Assembly: GCF_000283555.1 (NCBI RefSeq)
Contig: NC_016012.1
Span: 690,001 to 722,000 of the forward strand
Length of the DNA stretch: 32,000 bases
Source of the DNA: Candidatus Arthromitus sp. SFB-rat-Yit
GTDB lineage: Bacteria; Bacillota; Clostridia; Clostridiales; Clostridiaceae
Reading direction: 5' to 3'
Below, piece after piece: positions 1-10,275 of the stretch. The notes under the pieces were generated by a model that was not told the DNA's origin, did not search any database, and saw nothing but the letters and a program-made list of their open reading frames with translations. Position numbers and translations under genes: made by a program. Each line of letters starts with the position of its first letter. Position 1 is the first letter of the stretch.

Positions 1-1
1 A

Positions 2-91
2 GCTGATTTAAATCAAAGCGAAAATATTAATGATGGACACATAATGGAAGTTATAAATTACAGAAAATTTATAAACAATCAAGTTATTTAA
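2..91 (+). CDS. C-terminal tail of a ComM/YifB-like Mg chelatase-family protein (partial, runs off window start)
   Basis: Open frame 2..91 reads ADLNQSENINDGHIMEVINYRKFINNQVI*. The 'HIMEVINYRKF' tail resembles the HIxEAIQYRSL C-terminus of YifB/ComM, which often precedes dprA in Firmicutes. Confidence 0.55.
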   Translation, partial: ADLNQSENINDGHIMEVINYRKFINNQVI

Positions 92-118
92 TGGTAGATA
101 TTAGAAAGGATGATGAGT

Positions 119-1213
119 GTGAATTTTTATGATTATTGGATTTTGAAGACAAATGTAAGCTCAAATATTAAGATTAAACTTATGGAAGATTTCAAAATAT
201 CTGAAGAAATATACAAAGAATTGATAGAACGTGGAAATTTAAATTATCTAAATTTAAACGAATACGACAAATTTGTTAAAACCTATAAAGAATTAAAAGA
301 TGATTTTGATGTGAATAAATACAATGCTCTTCTTGAAAAGAATAATATAAAATTTGTAAAATTTGGTGATGACGAATATCCTGATAAATTTAAAAATATT
401 GACAATAAACCATTTTCAATATTTTACAAAGGAAACATAAATTTATTGAACAATTATTCTATTTCAATTATCGGAACTAGAAATGCAACTCCATATGGAG
501 AAGAAGTGTGCAAGAAAATATCAAGAGAATTAAGTTTAAATAATGTTGGGGTGGTTAGCGGAGGAGCTAGAGGAATTGATATACTATCTCACAAAATTTG
601 TTTAGAAAACAACGGAATACCTATCTGTGTTCTTGGATCTGGATTATTGAATTACTATCCCAAAGAAAATTTCCACTATTTTAACGAAATAGGGCAGAAT
701 GGTTGTATACTATCCGAATATGATGTGTACACAAATCCGGATAAATTTAATTTTCCTCAACGTAATCGTATAATTAGTGCTATTGGAGATGGACTTATAG
801 TTATTGAAGCTAAAGAAAAGAGCGGAACAATGATAACCGTGAAATATGCACTAGATTATGGAAAAGATATAGCAGCAGTTCCGGGACCTATCTTTTGGGA
901 TAAGAGCATGGGCTGCAATAAATTAATAAGAGATGGTGCTAGCATAATTTCAGAAATTAAAGATTTGTATGATATTTTTAAATTAAACAGAAATACTAAT
1001 AATATTGTTGGAAGAAATTACGAAGAATTGTTATCCGATCCTTCAAAGTACAAAGTTTTTTCATTGATAAAGAATAGGCCTAGCAATGTTGATGAAATTG
1101 CAAATGAAACTGGGATTAATGTGGTTGATATTTATAAAATATTATTTGAACTGGAAAGTTTAAATATTATTGAAGCATCTACAGGTAATTTTTATCAATT
1201 AAAGGCAATTTAA
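119..1213 (+). CDS. dprA: DNA processing protein DprA/Smf
   Basis: The ORF contains the Rossmann signatures SIIGTRNATPYGE, GVVSGGARGIDILSH, NFPQRNRIISA and GTMITVKYALDYGKD. The track starts at 110, but AAAGGA spacing favours GTG 119; ATG 110 or 113 are alternatives. Confidence 0.93.
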   Translation: MNFYDYWILKTNVSSNIKIKLMEDFKISEEIYKELIERGNLNYLNLNEYDKFVKTYKELKDDFDVNKYNALLEKNNIKFVKFGDDEYPDKFKNIDNKPFSIFYKGNINLLNNYSISIIGTRNATPYGEEVCKKISRELSLNNVGVVSGGARGIDILSHKICLENNGIPICVLGSGLLNYYPKENFHYFNEIGQNGCILSEYDVYTNPDKFNFPQRNRIISAIGDGLIVIEAKEKSGTMITVKYALDYGKDIAAVPGPIFWDKSMGCNKLIRDGASIISEIKDLYDIFKLNRNTNNIVGRNYEELLSDPSKYKVFSLIKNRPSNVDEIANETGINVVDIYKILFELESLNIIEASTGNFYQLKAI

Positions 1214-1251
1214 AATAATTATTTCAGATAAATTGAAATTATTTTTTGGCA

Positions 1252-1279
1252 TTGACTATATATGAAAAAAAATATATTA
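1252..1279 (+). promoter_or_regulatory. Candidate sigma-A promoter upstream of topA
   Basis: TTGACT (1252-1257), 16-nt spacer, TATTAT (1274-1279) in the intergenic gap. Confidence 0.45.
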
Positions 1280-1354
1280 TATTTAAAAAATTACATACTT
1301 AATTAATGTTGCTTAAGGGGAATGGAGGGATTACTGATCCTTTGGGATTAAAAT

Positions 1355-3406
1355 ATGGCAAAATATTTAGTTATCGTTGAATCGCCAGCAAAAGCTAAAA
1401 CTATAAAAAAATATCTAGGCTTGAATTATGAAGTTGTTGCATCTATGGGACATATTAGAGATTTACCTAAAAGTAGATTGGGTGTAAACATCGAAGATGA
1501 TTATGAGCCTAACTATATAAATGTTAGGGGTAAAGCTGACCTTATCAAGTCACTTAAAAAATATTCTAAAAAGAGTGAAAAAGTTTTTTTAGCGACAGAC
1601 CCGGATAGAGAAGGCGAAGCTATATCTTGGCACTTAGCATACATATTGGGGATTGATCTTAGTGAAAAGTGTAGAGTTGAGTTTAATGAAATAACTAAAA
1701 CAACTATAAAGAATTCTATCAAGAATGCTAGAAGTATTAATCTTAACTTGGTTAATGCACAACAAGCTAGAAGAGTTGTGGATAGGTTGGTTGGATATGG
1801 AATAAGTCCAATTTTATGGAAAACAGTGAAGCCTAAATTAAGTGCCGGTAGAGTTCAGTCTGCAGCTTTGAAGTTAATATGTGACAGAGAGAACGAAATA
1901 AATAATTTTGAAGTCAAACAATACTTTACTATAGAAGGCACTGGAAGAAAGAATTCTAAGAAATATGTGTTTAAACTTCATTCAAAGAACAAAGAAAAAT
2001 TAGATGAATTAACAAAGGATAGGGTTTCAGAAATACTGGATGATTTATCTAAAGGCAAGTATGTTGTAGATGAAGTAAAGGAAGGTATAAAAAATAAATA
2101 TCCGTTACCACCTTTTACTACGAGCACTCTTCAACAGGATGCTTACAAGAAATTAAATTTTCAAACTAAGAAGACCATGTCTGTTGCTCAATCATTATAT
2201 GAAGGAGTTGATATTAAAGGATATGGGGTTGTTGGTTTAATTACTTATATGAGGACAGATTCTGTTAGATTGTCAAGCGATTCGTTAAATCAAGCAAATG
2301 AATTTGTTAAAAAAGTATATGGGGATAAATATAAACTTGATAAACCAAGGCAATATGGGAAAAATAATAAGAATATTCAAGATGCACATGAGGCTATAAG
2401 GCCTACTAATGTTGAGATTACGCCAGAAATTGCAAAGCAAACACTAAAAGATGATCAGTATAAATTATACTCTCTTATATGGAAAAGATTTTTGGCAAGT
2501 CAAATGGCTAACGCTGTGTATAACACAATGTCTATTTCTATAAAAAATAATGGTTATTTATTTAAATTAAGCGGATCTCAATTAAAATTTGATGGATTTT
2601 TAAAGGTTTATGAAATTGATAAAGATGACAAAGATTTGATATTACCAATTTTTGAAGAAGGAGAAGAATTGAATAATATTAAAATAGAAAGTGTGGAACA
2701 TTTCACGCAGCCTCCTTCAAGGTATACTGAGGCATCTTTTGTTAAATTAATGGAAGAAAAATCTATAGGAAGACCGAGTACATATGTGCCAACTATAAGT
2801 ACTCTTTTTGATCGTATGTATTTAAAACGTCAAAATAAACAATTTGTTCCTACTGAATTAGGAATTATTGTTAATGATCTTATAAAAAATAATTTCACAG
2901 AAATTGTTGATATAGATTTTACAGCTGATATGGAAAAAAAATTAGATGGAATAGAAGAAGGTAAGGTTGATTGGAAGAACATAGTTCATGAATTCTACAA
3001 GCCACTTAAGGAAAAAATTGATATAGCTGAAAATACTGTTGAGAAAGTCGTAATTGAAGATGAAGTTACTGATGTTTTATGCGATAAATGTGGACGTAAT
3101 ATGGTGAAGAAACACAGTAGATATGGTGTTTTTTTGGCGTGCCCAGGGTATCCAGAATGTAAAAATACTAAATCAATTACTCAAAAACTAAATGTCTCGT
3201 GCCCAAAATGTGGCGGAGAGATTAATGTAAGAAAAAGTAAAAAAGGCAAAGTATTCTATGGATGTAATAATTATCCGGAGTGTGATTTTGTATCATGGAA
3301 TGAACCGAGCGATGTGAAATGTTCTAGATGCGGTGGTATAACTGTTAAAAAAATTAAAAGAAAACAAGAAGTTTATGAATGTATCGATGAAAACTGTAAA
3401 GAATAA
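1355..3406 (+). CDS. topA: DNA topoisomerase I
   Basis: Starts MAKYLVIVESPAKAKTIKKYLG, contains GLITYMRTDS, and has C-terminal Cys4 zinc-finger-like motifs. Confidence 0.98.
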   Translation: MAKYLVIVESPAKAKTIKKYLGLNYEVVASMGHIRDLPKSRLGVNIEDDYEPNYINVRGKADLIKSLKKYSKKSEKVFLATDPDREGEAISWHLAYILGIDLSEKCRVEFNEITKTTIKNSIKNARSINLNLVNAQQARRVVDRLVGYGISPILWKTVKPKLSAGRVQSAALKLICDRENEINNFEVKQYFTIEGTGRKNSKKYVFKLHSKNKEKLDELTKDRVSEILDDLSKGKYVVDEVKEGIKNKYPLPPFTTSTLQQDAYKKLNFQTKKTMSVAQSLYEGVDIKGYGVVGLITYMRTDSVRLSSDSLNQANEFVKKVYGDKYKLDKPRQYGKNNKNIQDAHEAIRPTNVEITPEIAKQTLKDDQYKLYSLIWKRFLASQMANAVYNTMSISIKNNGYLFKLSGSQLKFDGFLKVYEIDKDDKDLILPIFEEGEELNNIKIESVEHFTQPPSRYTEASFVKLMEEKSIGRPSTYVPTISTLFDRMYLKRQNKQFVPTELGIIVNDLIKNNFTEIVDIDFTADMEKKLDGIEEGKVDWKNIVHEFYKPLKEKIDIAENTVEKVVIEDEVTDVLCDKCGRNMVKKHSRYGVFLACPGYPECKNTKSITQKLNVSCPKCGGEINVRKSKKGKVFYGCNNYPECDFVSWNEPSDVKCSRCGGITVKKIKRKQEVYECIDENCKE

Positions 3407-3418
3407 ATAAAATTTTTA

Positions 3419-3447
3419 TTGATGCTTTATTACCTATGTGATATATT
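3419..3447 (+). promoter_or_regulatory. Candidate sigma-A promoter for rpsB-tsf
   Basis: TTGATG (3419-3424), 17-nt spacer, TATATT (3442-3447). Confidence 0.55.
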
Positions 3448-3458
3448 AGAGAATGATT

Positions 3459-3542
3459 AAGCACATCACCTAGTTTAAATCTTGGTGCTTTTGAAAAGTT
3501 TGGTTTAAAATATGGGTGGTGGAAGATTTAACCAAATGGAGG
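3459..3542 (+). promoter_or_regulatory. Structured rpsB 5' leader, candidate ribosomal protein S2 autoregulatory element
   Basis: Arms TTTGGTTTAAA (3499-3509) and TTTAACCAAA (3527-3536) pair over 10 bp with one bulged T. The 3' arm abuts the rpsB Shine-Dalgarno GGAGG (3538-3542). A second possible stem is AAGCAC/GTGCTT (3459-3464 / 3485-3490). Confidence 0.4.
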
Positions 3543-3550
3543 ATTTTTTA

Positions 3551-4276
3551 ATGTCAATTATTTCAATGAAACAATTATTAGAAGCTGGGGTTCACTTTGG
3601 ACATCAAACAAGAAGATGGAATCCTAAAATGAGAAAATTTATTTTTGCAGAAAGAAATGGAATATACATAATAGATTTACAGAAAACTGTTAAGAAATTA
3701 GAGGAAGCGTATGAGTTTGTAAGAAGTTTGTCTGCTGAGGGAAAAGACATTTTATTTGTTGGAACTAAAAAACAGGCTCAAGAAACAATAGGAGAAGAAG
3801 CTGCAAGAGTAGGAATGCACTATGTTAATCATAGATGGTTAGGTGGAATGCTAACTAATTTTAGAACTATTAGAGATAGAATCAAACGTCTTGAAACTCT
3901 AAAGGCAATGGAGGAAGATGGGACATTTTCTTTGATGTTAAAGAAAGAAGTTGTAAAACTCCGTGCTGAAATAGAAAAATTAGAGAGAAACCTAGGTGGA
4001 ATGAAAAATTTAAATGCTAATAACATTGGAGCAATGTTTATAATAGATCCTAAAAAGGAAAGAAATGCTGTTTATGAAGCCAAGAAATTAGGAATTCCAA
4101 TTGTTTCAGTTGTAGATACAAATTGTGATCCTGATGAAATAGATTTTCCTATCCCAGGAAATGATGATGCTATAAGAGCTGTAAAATTAATAACTAGTAA
4201 AATAGCTGATGCTGTTGTTGAAGGAAGACAGGGCATAGATGTTGTAGAAGAAGTTCAAGAAAGTCAAGAAGCTTAA
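3551..4276 (+). CDS. rpsB: 30S ribosomal protein S2
   Basis: [27 protein letters not shown]. Start set at ATG 3551 with GGAGG at 3538-3542; the ORF-track start 3512 adds a non-homologous extension. Confidence 0.97.
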   Translation: MSIISMKQLLEAGVHFGHQTRRWNPKMRKFIFAERNGIYIIDLQKTVKKLEEAYEFVRSLSAEGKDILFVGTKKQAQETIGEEAARVGMHYVNHRWLGGMLTNFRTIRDRIKRLETLKAMEEDGTFSLMLKKEVVKLRAEIEKLERNLGGMKNLNANNIGAMFIIDPKKERNAVYEAKKLGIPIVSVVDTNCDPDEIDFPIPGNDDAIRAVKLITSKIADAVVEGRQGIDVVEEVQESQEA

Positions 4277-4290
4277 AGGGAGGAATTGTA

Positions 4291-5220
4291 ATGGTAACTG
4301 CACAATTAGTTAAAGAGTTAAGAGAGTTAACTGGAGCTGGAATGATGGATTGCAAGAAGGCTTTATCTGAAACAAATGGTGATCTTAGTAAAGCTGTAGA
4401 TGTTTTAAGAGAAAAAGGGTTAGCATCAGCAGCTAAAAAGGCTGGTAGAGTTGCAGCTGAGGGAGTTGTTTCTTCTTATGTTAATGCAGATTCCTCAAAA
4501 GGAACTTTGGTTGAGTTGAATTGTGAAACAGACTTCGTAGCTATTAATCCACTATTTGTACAATTATCTAAAGAGATTTGTGAAATAGCCTCTGAAAATC
4601 AATGTGAAGATGTTCAAACAATTGAAACTTTGGATTACAAATTCAGTTCAGAGTTTGCTACAGTTAAAGATGCTATTGTTGGTTTGGTGTCTAAACTTGG
4701 CGAAAACATATCGTTAAGGAGAGCTGTTAATTATTCAACTAATGAAGGAGTAGTTAATACTTATATCCATGGTGATGGTAAAATAGGTGTTATGGTTGAG
4801 TTGAAAAGCGAGAATAAGGGTGAAGAAGTTTTAAAAGTAGCTAAAGATATTTGCATGCAAATAGCTGCCGCTAATCCTTTATTTTTAAATATTGATAGCG
4901 TTGATCAATCGGTTGTTGAAAAAGAGCGTCAAATTTTAAAAACTCAAGCTTTGAATGAAGGAAAACCAGAGCAAGTAGTTGAAAAAATGGTTGAAGGAAG
5001 AATCAAGAAGTATTACCAAGAAATTTGTTTACTTGAACAAAGTTTTGTTAAAGATCCAGATTTAACAGTTACGAAATTTATTGAAAATAAATCTAAGGAG
5101 TTAGGATCAAAAATTCAAATTATACGTTTCTCACGTTTTGAAAAAGGGGAAGGTATAGAAAAGGCTGAAGAGAATTTTGCTGAAGAAGTTCAAAAGCAAA
5201 TTAATAAAGGTGATAAATAA
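4291..5220 (+). CDS. tsf: Translation elongation factor Ts
   Basis: VKELRELTGAGMMDCKKALSETNGDLSKAVDVLREKG is the canonical EF-Ts N-terminus. Confidence 0.98.
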   Translation: MVTAQLVKELRELTGAGMMDCKKALSETNGDLSKAVDVLREKGLASAAKKAGRVAAEGVVSSYVNADSSKGTLVELNCETDFVAINPLFVQLSKEICEIASENQCEDVQTIETLDYKFSSEFATVKDAIVGLVSKLGENISLRRAVNYSTNEGVVNTYIHGDGKIGVMVELKSENKGEEVLKVAKDICMQIAAANPLFLNIDSVDQSVVEKERQILKTQALNEGKPEQVVEKMVEGRIKKYYQEICLLEQSFVKDPDLTVTKFIENKSKELGSKIQIIRFSRFEKGEGIEKAEENFAEEVQKQINKGDK

Positions 5221-5234
5221 GATTTGTTTTGTAG

Positions 5235-6005
<771 letters not shown>

Positions 6006-6019
6006 GTGAGGTGTTTAAG

Positions 6020-6577
6020 ATGGTTAGTCAAATAATGGACGTATTAAAAGAAAAAATGTTAAAAACTATAGATGTATTGTTGGAGGATTTAAATTCTGTT
6101 AGAGTTGGGAGGGCTAATCCGAGTATGCTTGATAGAATAGAAGTTGAGTATTATGGGAGTATGACAAAAATTAATCAGATTGCCAATATTTCTACACCAG
6201 AGCCAAGAACATTAATGATTCAACCTTGGGAAAAGAACATTTTAAAAGATATTGAAAAAGCAATATTAAAATCAGATTTAGGATTGATGCCAAATAATGA
6301 TGGAACATTAATAAGATTAACTATACCTGAAATGACAGAAGAAACTAGAAAAAATACAGCTAAAAAGGTTAAAAAAATTGCTGAGGAATCAAAAGTTGCT
6401 TTAAGATCTCTAAGAAGAGATGCAAATGATAAAGTTAAATCGCTAAAGAAAGAATCATCAATAACAGAAGATGATTTGAAAAAAGCAGAAGATGAAATAC
6501 AAAAACAAACAGATAAATTTGTCAAAAAGATAGATGAAATAGTTGTTAATAAAGAGAAGGAAATAATGTCAATTTAG
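6020..6577 (+). CDS. frr: Ribosome recycling factor
   Basis: LNSVRVGRANPSMLDRIEVEYYG; GAGGTG lies upstream of ATG 6020. Confidence 0.97.
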   Translation: MVSQIMDVLKEKMLKTIDVLLEDLNSVRVGRANPSMLDRIEVEYYGSMTKINQIANISTPEPRTLMIQPWEKNILKDIEKAILKSDLGLMPNNDGTLIRLTIPEMTEETRKNTAKKVKKIAEESKVALRSLRRDANDKVKSLKKESSITEDDLKKAEDEIQKQTDKFVKKIDEIVVNKEKEIMSI

Positions 6578-6593
6578 GAAGGTTCGATTAGAA

Positions 6594-7319
6594 TTGAATT
6601 TAAAACAGAAAGGTCTTCCAAATCATATTGCGATAATTTTAGATGGTAATGGAAGATGGGCAAAAAAGAGGAATCTCTCAAGGACTGATGGACATAAAGC
6701 TGGGGTAGATAATTTAGAAACACTTATAGATCAATGTAAGGATCTTAATATAAAATACATAACGCTGTACGTATTTTCTACAGAAAATTGGAAACGTCCA
6801 GCATTTGAAGTTAGTAATTTAATGTTATTATTAAATAAATATTTAACTGAGAAGATTGATGATCTGATGAATAAAAATATAAAATTAAATATTATTGGTG
6901 ATATTAGTGGATTACCAAATAAAACCAGAAAGTTAATAGTATCTGCAGTTGATAAAACTAAAAATAATTTTAAATTGATTTTAACCCTTGCAATAAATTA
7001 TGGTGGTAGAAATGAGATATTACGAGCTGTTAAAAATTTAGCTAATGATGTTAAGAATTTAAAATTGAATATTGATGATATTGATGAAAGATTATTTTCA
7101 GACTATTTGTATACATATGACATACCAGATCCAGATTTATTAATTCGTACTAGCGGGGAATATAGATTAAGTAATTTTTTATTGTGGCAATGTGCTTACA
7201 CTGAATTTTGGTACACAGATGTGTTTTGGCCAGATTTCGGAAAAACTGATTTATATAATGCTTTAGAGAGTTTTAAAAAAAGGAAAAGACGTTTTGGAAA
7301 GGTAGAGGATGATAATTAA
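6594..7319 (+). CDS. uppS: Isoprenyl transferase (undecaprenyl diphosphate synthase family)
   Basis: HIAIILDGNGRWAKKR and DLLIRTSGEYRLSNFLLWQ motifs; TTG start preceded by AGGAAGG. Confidence 0.96.
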   Translation: MNLKQKGLPNHIAIILDGNGRWAKKRNLSRTDGHKAGVDNLETLIDQCKDLNIKYITLYVFSTENWKRPAFEVSNLMLLLNKYLTEKIDDLMNKNIKLNIIGDISGLPNKTRKLIVSAVDKTKNNFKLILTLAINYGGRNEILRAVKNLANDVKNLKLNIDDIDERLFSDYLYTYDIPDPDLLIRTSGEYRLSNFLLWQCAYTEFWYTDVFWPDFGKTDLYNALESFKKRKRRFGKVEDDN

Positions 7320-8094
7320 TTTTTCAAAAATAAGCAAAAGATATATAGGATCATTAATAATTATTCCGATAATTATATCATTGATTTTGGGCAATTTTTG
7401 TTTGAAAGCTGTGACATTTATTATAACTATTTTATCTTTAATTGAATTTTCAAATGCTTTTACAAAAAAAAATTTAAGGATTAATAAATGTTTACTTATT
7501 TTTTTTGTAATAATATATTATATATTAGGAATTAAATACATAGATATTTTAATAATTTTATTTCTACCTATATTGCTATGCTTTTTGTTAGATGACAAGA
7601 GAAGTATTATAGATATAAGTCTTGATTTTATAGCTATTTTTTATATAGTAATACCATTTAGTTTTATTTTTATATTAGATGAAATTAATATTTATTTAGT
7701 TTGGATTATTTTTTTATCTGCTTGGACAATAGATACTATGGCATATATGGTTGGCAAAAATTTTGGGAAGCATAAACTAATTGAAAAAATAAGTCCAAAT
7801 AAAACGGTGGAAGGATTTATTGCTGGAGTTGTAAGTTGCATTGTAGTTATTGTGACTTATGGTGTTGTTTTTATGGACAGATTGAATATCTCAATGCTTA
7901 ATTTGGTTTTGTTAAGTTTGACAATAGGAATTATAGGACAGATAGGAGATTTAGTTGCGTCATCAATAAAAAGGTTTGCCGACATTAAAGATTTTAGCAA
8001 TTTAATTCCTGGGCATGGTGGTATATTAGATAGATTTGATAGCATATTGTTCATATCTATTGTTGTATTTATTTATTCTCAAATTTTTATGTAA
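7309..8094 (+). CDS. cdsA: Phosphatidate cytidylyltransferase
   Basis: Multipass membrane protein ending with the CDP-alcohol-forming signature KDFSNLIPGHGGILDRFDS. Confidence 0.95.
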   Translation: MIINFSKISKRYIGSLIIIPIIISLILGNFCLKAVTFIITILSLIEFSNAFTKKNLRINKCLLIFFVIIYYILGIKYIDILIILFLPILLCFLLDDKRSIIDISLDFIAIFYIVIPFSFIFILDEINIYLVWIIFLSAWTIDTMAYMVGKNFGKHKLIEKISPNKTVEGFIAGVVSCIVVIVTYGVVFMDRLNISMLNLVLLSLTIGIIGQIGDLVASSIKRFADIKDFSNLIPGHGGILDRFDSILFISIVVFIYSQIFM

Positions 8095-8105
8095 AGGAGC
8101 ATTAA

Positions 8106-9146
8106 ATGAGTAATTTAATTATAATACTTTTGGTTGCAGTGAGTTTTGGTATTCTTATAATTGGGCATGAGTTTGGTCATTTTATTGTAGCAAAAATGAA
8201 TGGGGTTTTAGTTGAAGAGTTTGCTATAGGAATGGGGCCTTTATTATTTAAAATTAAAGGCAAAGAAACTATGTACTCTATAAGATTATTACCTATTGGT
8301 GGATATGTTAAGATGTTAGGAGAATATGAGGATTCTGATGAAGAAGTTGATAGAACTAGTCAGGATAGAGCTTACATATATAAAAGTCCATTAAGAAAGA
8401 TATCCATAATTTTAGCTGGACCAATTATGAATTTTATTTTGGCGTTTTTTATTTTTTGGGGAATTAGTACATTTAATGGATACACTGATACGGTTATAAG
8501 GGAGGTTGTCGCAGGAAGTCCAGCTGAGACTGCAGGATTGAAGAATGGAGACAAATTAATATCTGTAAACTCTAAAAAGTTTTTGAATTGGAACGAGTTT
8601 GTATTTAAGTTACAAACAGTTGAGAACAAAGAGAAGATTAATATAGGAGTTATAAGGGATAGTCAAAAAATTAATTTTGATGTTTTTCCGAATATTGAAA
8701 ATAATTCATTAACTATTGGTATTAAGCCACAGATTGTAGAAAAGCCTGGATTTTTTGAAGGTGTAGCTAATGGATTTAGGCAAACCGTATCAGAAATTAA
8801 ACAGGTCATATCATCTCTAGGACAGCTTATAACAGGTAAAGCATCTGTTAAAGATTTGAGTGGACCAATTACTATCTTTAAAGTTTCGGGTCAAGCAGCT
8901 AAGGCTGGAATTCAACAATTGTTAAATTTCACAGCGTTTCTTAGTGTGAATTTAGGAATTTTTAACTTGATACCTTTCCCAGCTTTAGATGGTGGAGCTT
9001 TTGTTATTAATTTAATAGAGTTGGTTTCTAAAAAGAGAATTAAGCAGGAGATTTTAGCGAAGATAAATTTTGTTGGATTTACATTGTTAATTTTGTTAAT
9101 GATTTTTGTAACATTGAAAGATATACTATTTCCTGTAGCTTTATAA
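8106..9146 (+). CDS. rseP: Site-2-type membrane zinc metalloprotease with PDZ domain (RseP/RasP family)
   Basis: HEFGHF (HExxH), PDZ segment GSPAETAGLKNGDKLISVN, and NLIPFPALDGG. Confidence 0.94.
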   Translation: MSNLIIILLVAVSFGILIIGHEFGHFIVAKMNGVLVEEFAIGMGPLLFKIKGKETMYSIRLLPIGGYVKMLGEYEDSDEEVDRTSQDRAYIYKSPLRKISIILAGPIMNFILAFFIFWGISTFNGYTDTVIREVVAGSPAETAGLKNGDKLISVNSKKFLNWNEFVFKLQTVENKEKINIGVIRDSQKINFDVFPNIENNSLTIGIKPQIVEKPGFFEGVANGFRQTVSEIKQVISSLGQLITGKASVKDLSGPITIFKVSGQAAKAGIQQLLNFTAFLSVNLGIFNLIPFPALDGGAFVINLIELVSKKRIKQEILAKINFVGFTLLILLMIFVTLKDILFPVAL

Positions 9147-9174
9147 TTTTTGTTAGATAAGGAATGGGATTAAA

Positions 9175-10224
9175 TTGGATAGAATTTTAAAAAATGAGGT
9201 AAATATAGGTAATATAAAAATCGGTGGATGTAATCCAATAGCAATTCAATCAATGACTAATACAAATACTAAGGATATAAATGCGACTATAAATCAAATT
9301 AATTCTTTGGAAAAAGAAGGATGTGATATAGTTAGAATTGCTGTTACTGATAATCAAGAGGTAGAATGTATCCCTACAATTAAGAAGAATACAAACATTC
9401 CTTTAGTGGCTGATATACAATTTGATTATAAGATAGCTTTAGGTTGTATAAAAAATGGAATTGACAAGGTTAGAATAAATCCAGGTAATATTGGTAATGA
9501 AGATAAAGTTCGAGAAGTTGTTAATGCTTGTGATGAATATGGAATTCCAATAAGAATTGGCGTTAATGGAGGTTCACTTCAGAAAGATATTCTTAGTAAG
9601 TATGGAAGAAAGACAACTGATGCATTAGTTGAGAGTGTTTTGAAAAATGTTGATTTGTTAGAGAAATTTCGATTTAAAAACATAGTCATTTCAGTTAAAT
9701 CGTCAGATGTTGATATGATGATTGAATCTTATAAGAAAATTTCTAGTGAGGTTAATTATCCATTACATTTGGGTGTTACGGAGGCAGGTTTATTTTTATC
9801 AGGAGCTGTTAAGTCAAGTATTGGTATTGGTACTTTATTGCATAATGGTATAGGTGATACTATTAGGGTTTCTTTAACGGATGATCCTGTGAATGAAATT
9901 AGGGTCGCTAAAGAAATATTAAAATCTTTGAACATTTATAATAAAGGTGTGAATTTGATTTCTTGTCCAACTTGTTCAAGGACAAAGTTTAATCTTATAG
10001 ACTTAGCAAATAAAGTTGAGCAATTGACTAAGGAAATAGATAAAAATATAACTATTGCAGTAATGGGATGTGCTGTTAATGGTCCAGGGGAAGCAAGAGA
10101 GGCAGACATTGGAGTTGCTGGTGGAAATGGTGAAGGATTAATTTTTAAAAAAGGTGAAATACTTAGAAAGGTCAAAGAAGAAAATTTGTTAGAAGAATTG
10201 AAAAAGGAAATAGATACTTTATAA
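9175..10224 (+). CDS. ispG: 4-hydroxy-3-methylbut-2-en-1-yl diphosphate synthase
   Basis: GGCNPIAIQSMTNTNT, VRINPGNIG and CPTCSRT...GCAVNGPGEA; TTG start. Confidence 0.96.
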   Translation: MDRILKNEVNIGNIKIGGCNPIAIQSMTNTNTKDINATINQINSLEKEGCDIVRIAVTDNQEVECIPTIKKNTNIPLVADIQFDYKIALGCIKNGIDKVRINPGNIGNEDKVREVVNACDEYGIPIRIGVNGGSLQKDILSKYGRKTTDALVESVLKNVDLLEKFRFKNIVISVKSSDVDMMIESYKKISSEVNYPLHLGVTEAGLFLSGAVKSSIGIGTLLHNGIGDTIRVSLTDDPVNEIRVAKEILKSLNIYNKGVNLISCPTCSRTKFNLIDLANKVEQLTKEIDKNITIAVMGCAVNGPGEAREADIGVAGGNGEGLIFKKGEILRKVKEENLLEELKKEIDTL

Positions 10225-10251
10225 AGAGAGGAAAATTGATTCCTCTCTTTT
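10223..10251 (+). terminator. Intrinsic terminator overlapping the ispG stop codon
   Basis: AAAGAGAGGAA (10223-10233), loop AATTGA, TTCCTCTCTTT (10240-10250) form a perfect 11-bp stem, followed by a short T-rich tract. Confidence 0.7.
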
Positions 10252-10275
10252 AAATTTTAAGTGAGTGAGGTAAGA

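Noticed and set aside
1215-1247. Possible terminator after dprA (AATAATTATTTC...GAAATTATTTTTT)
   Set aside because: The stem is nearly all A/T with a bulge and few stable pairs; it may be real, but I cannot separate it from background.
1513-1722. Small minus-strand ORFs across the window (e.g. 1513-1722, 3829-4026, 5325-5513, 16070-16285, 19587-19874)
   Set aside because: All sit antisense to well-supported genes, with no family resemblance or initiation signals.
6220-6525. 101-aa antisense ORF within frr
   Set aside because: Shadow ORF opposite a conserved ribosome recycling factor; low-complexity Ser/Phe composition.
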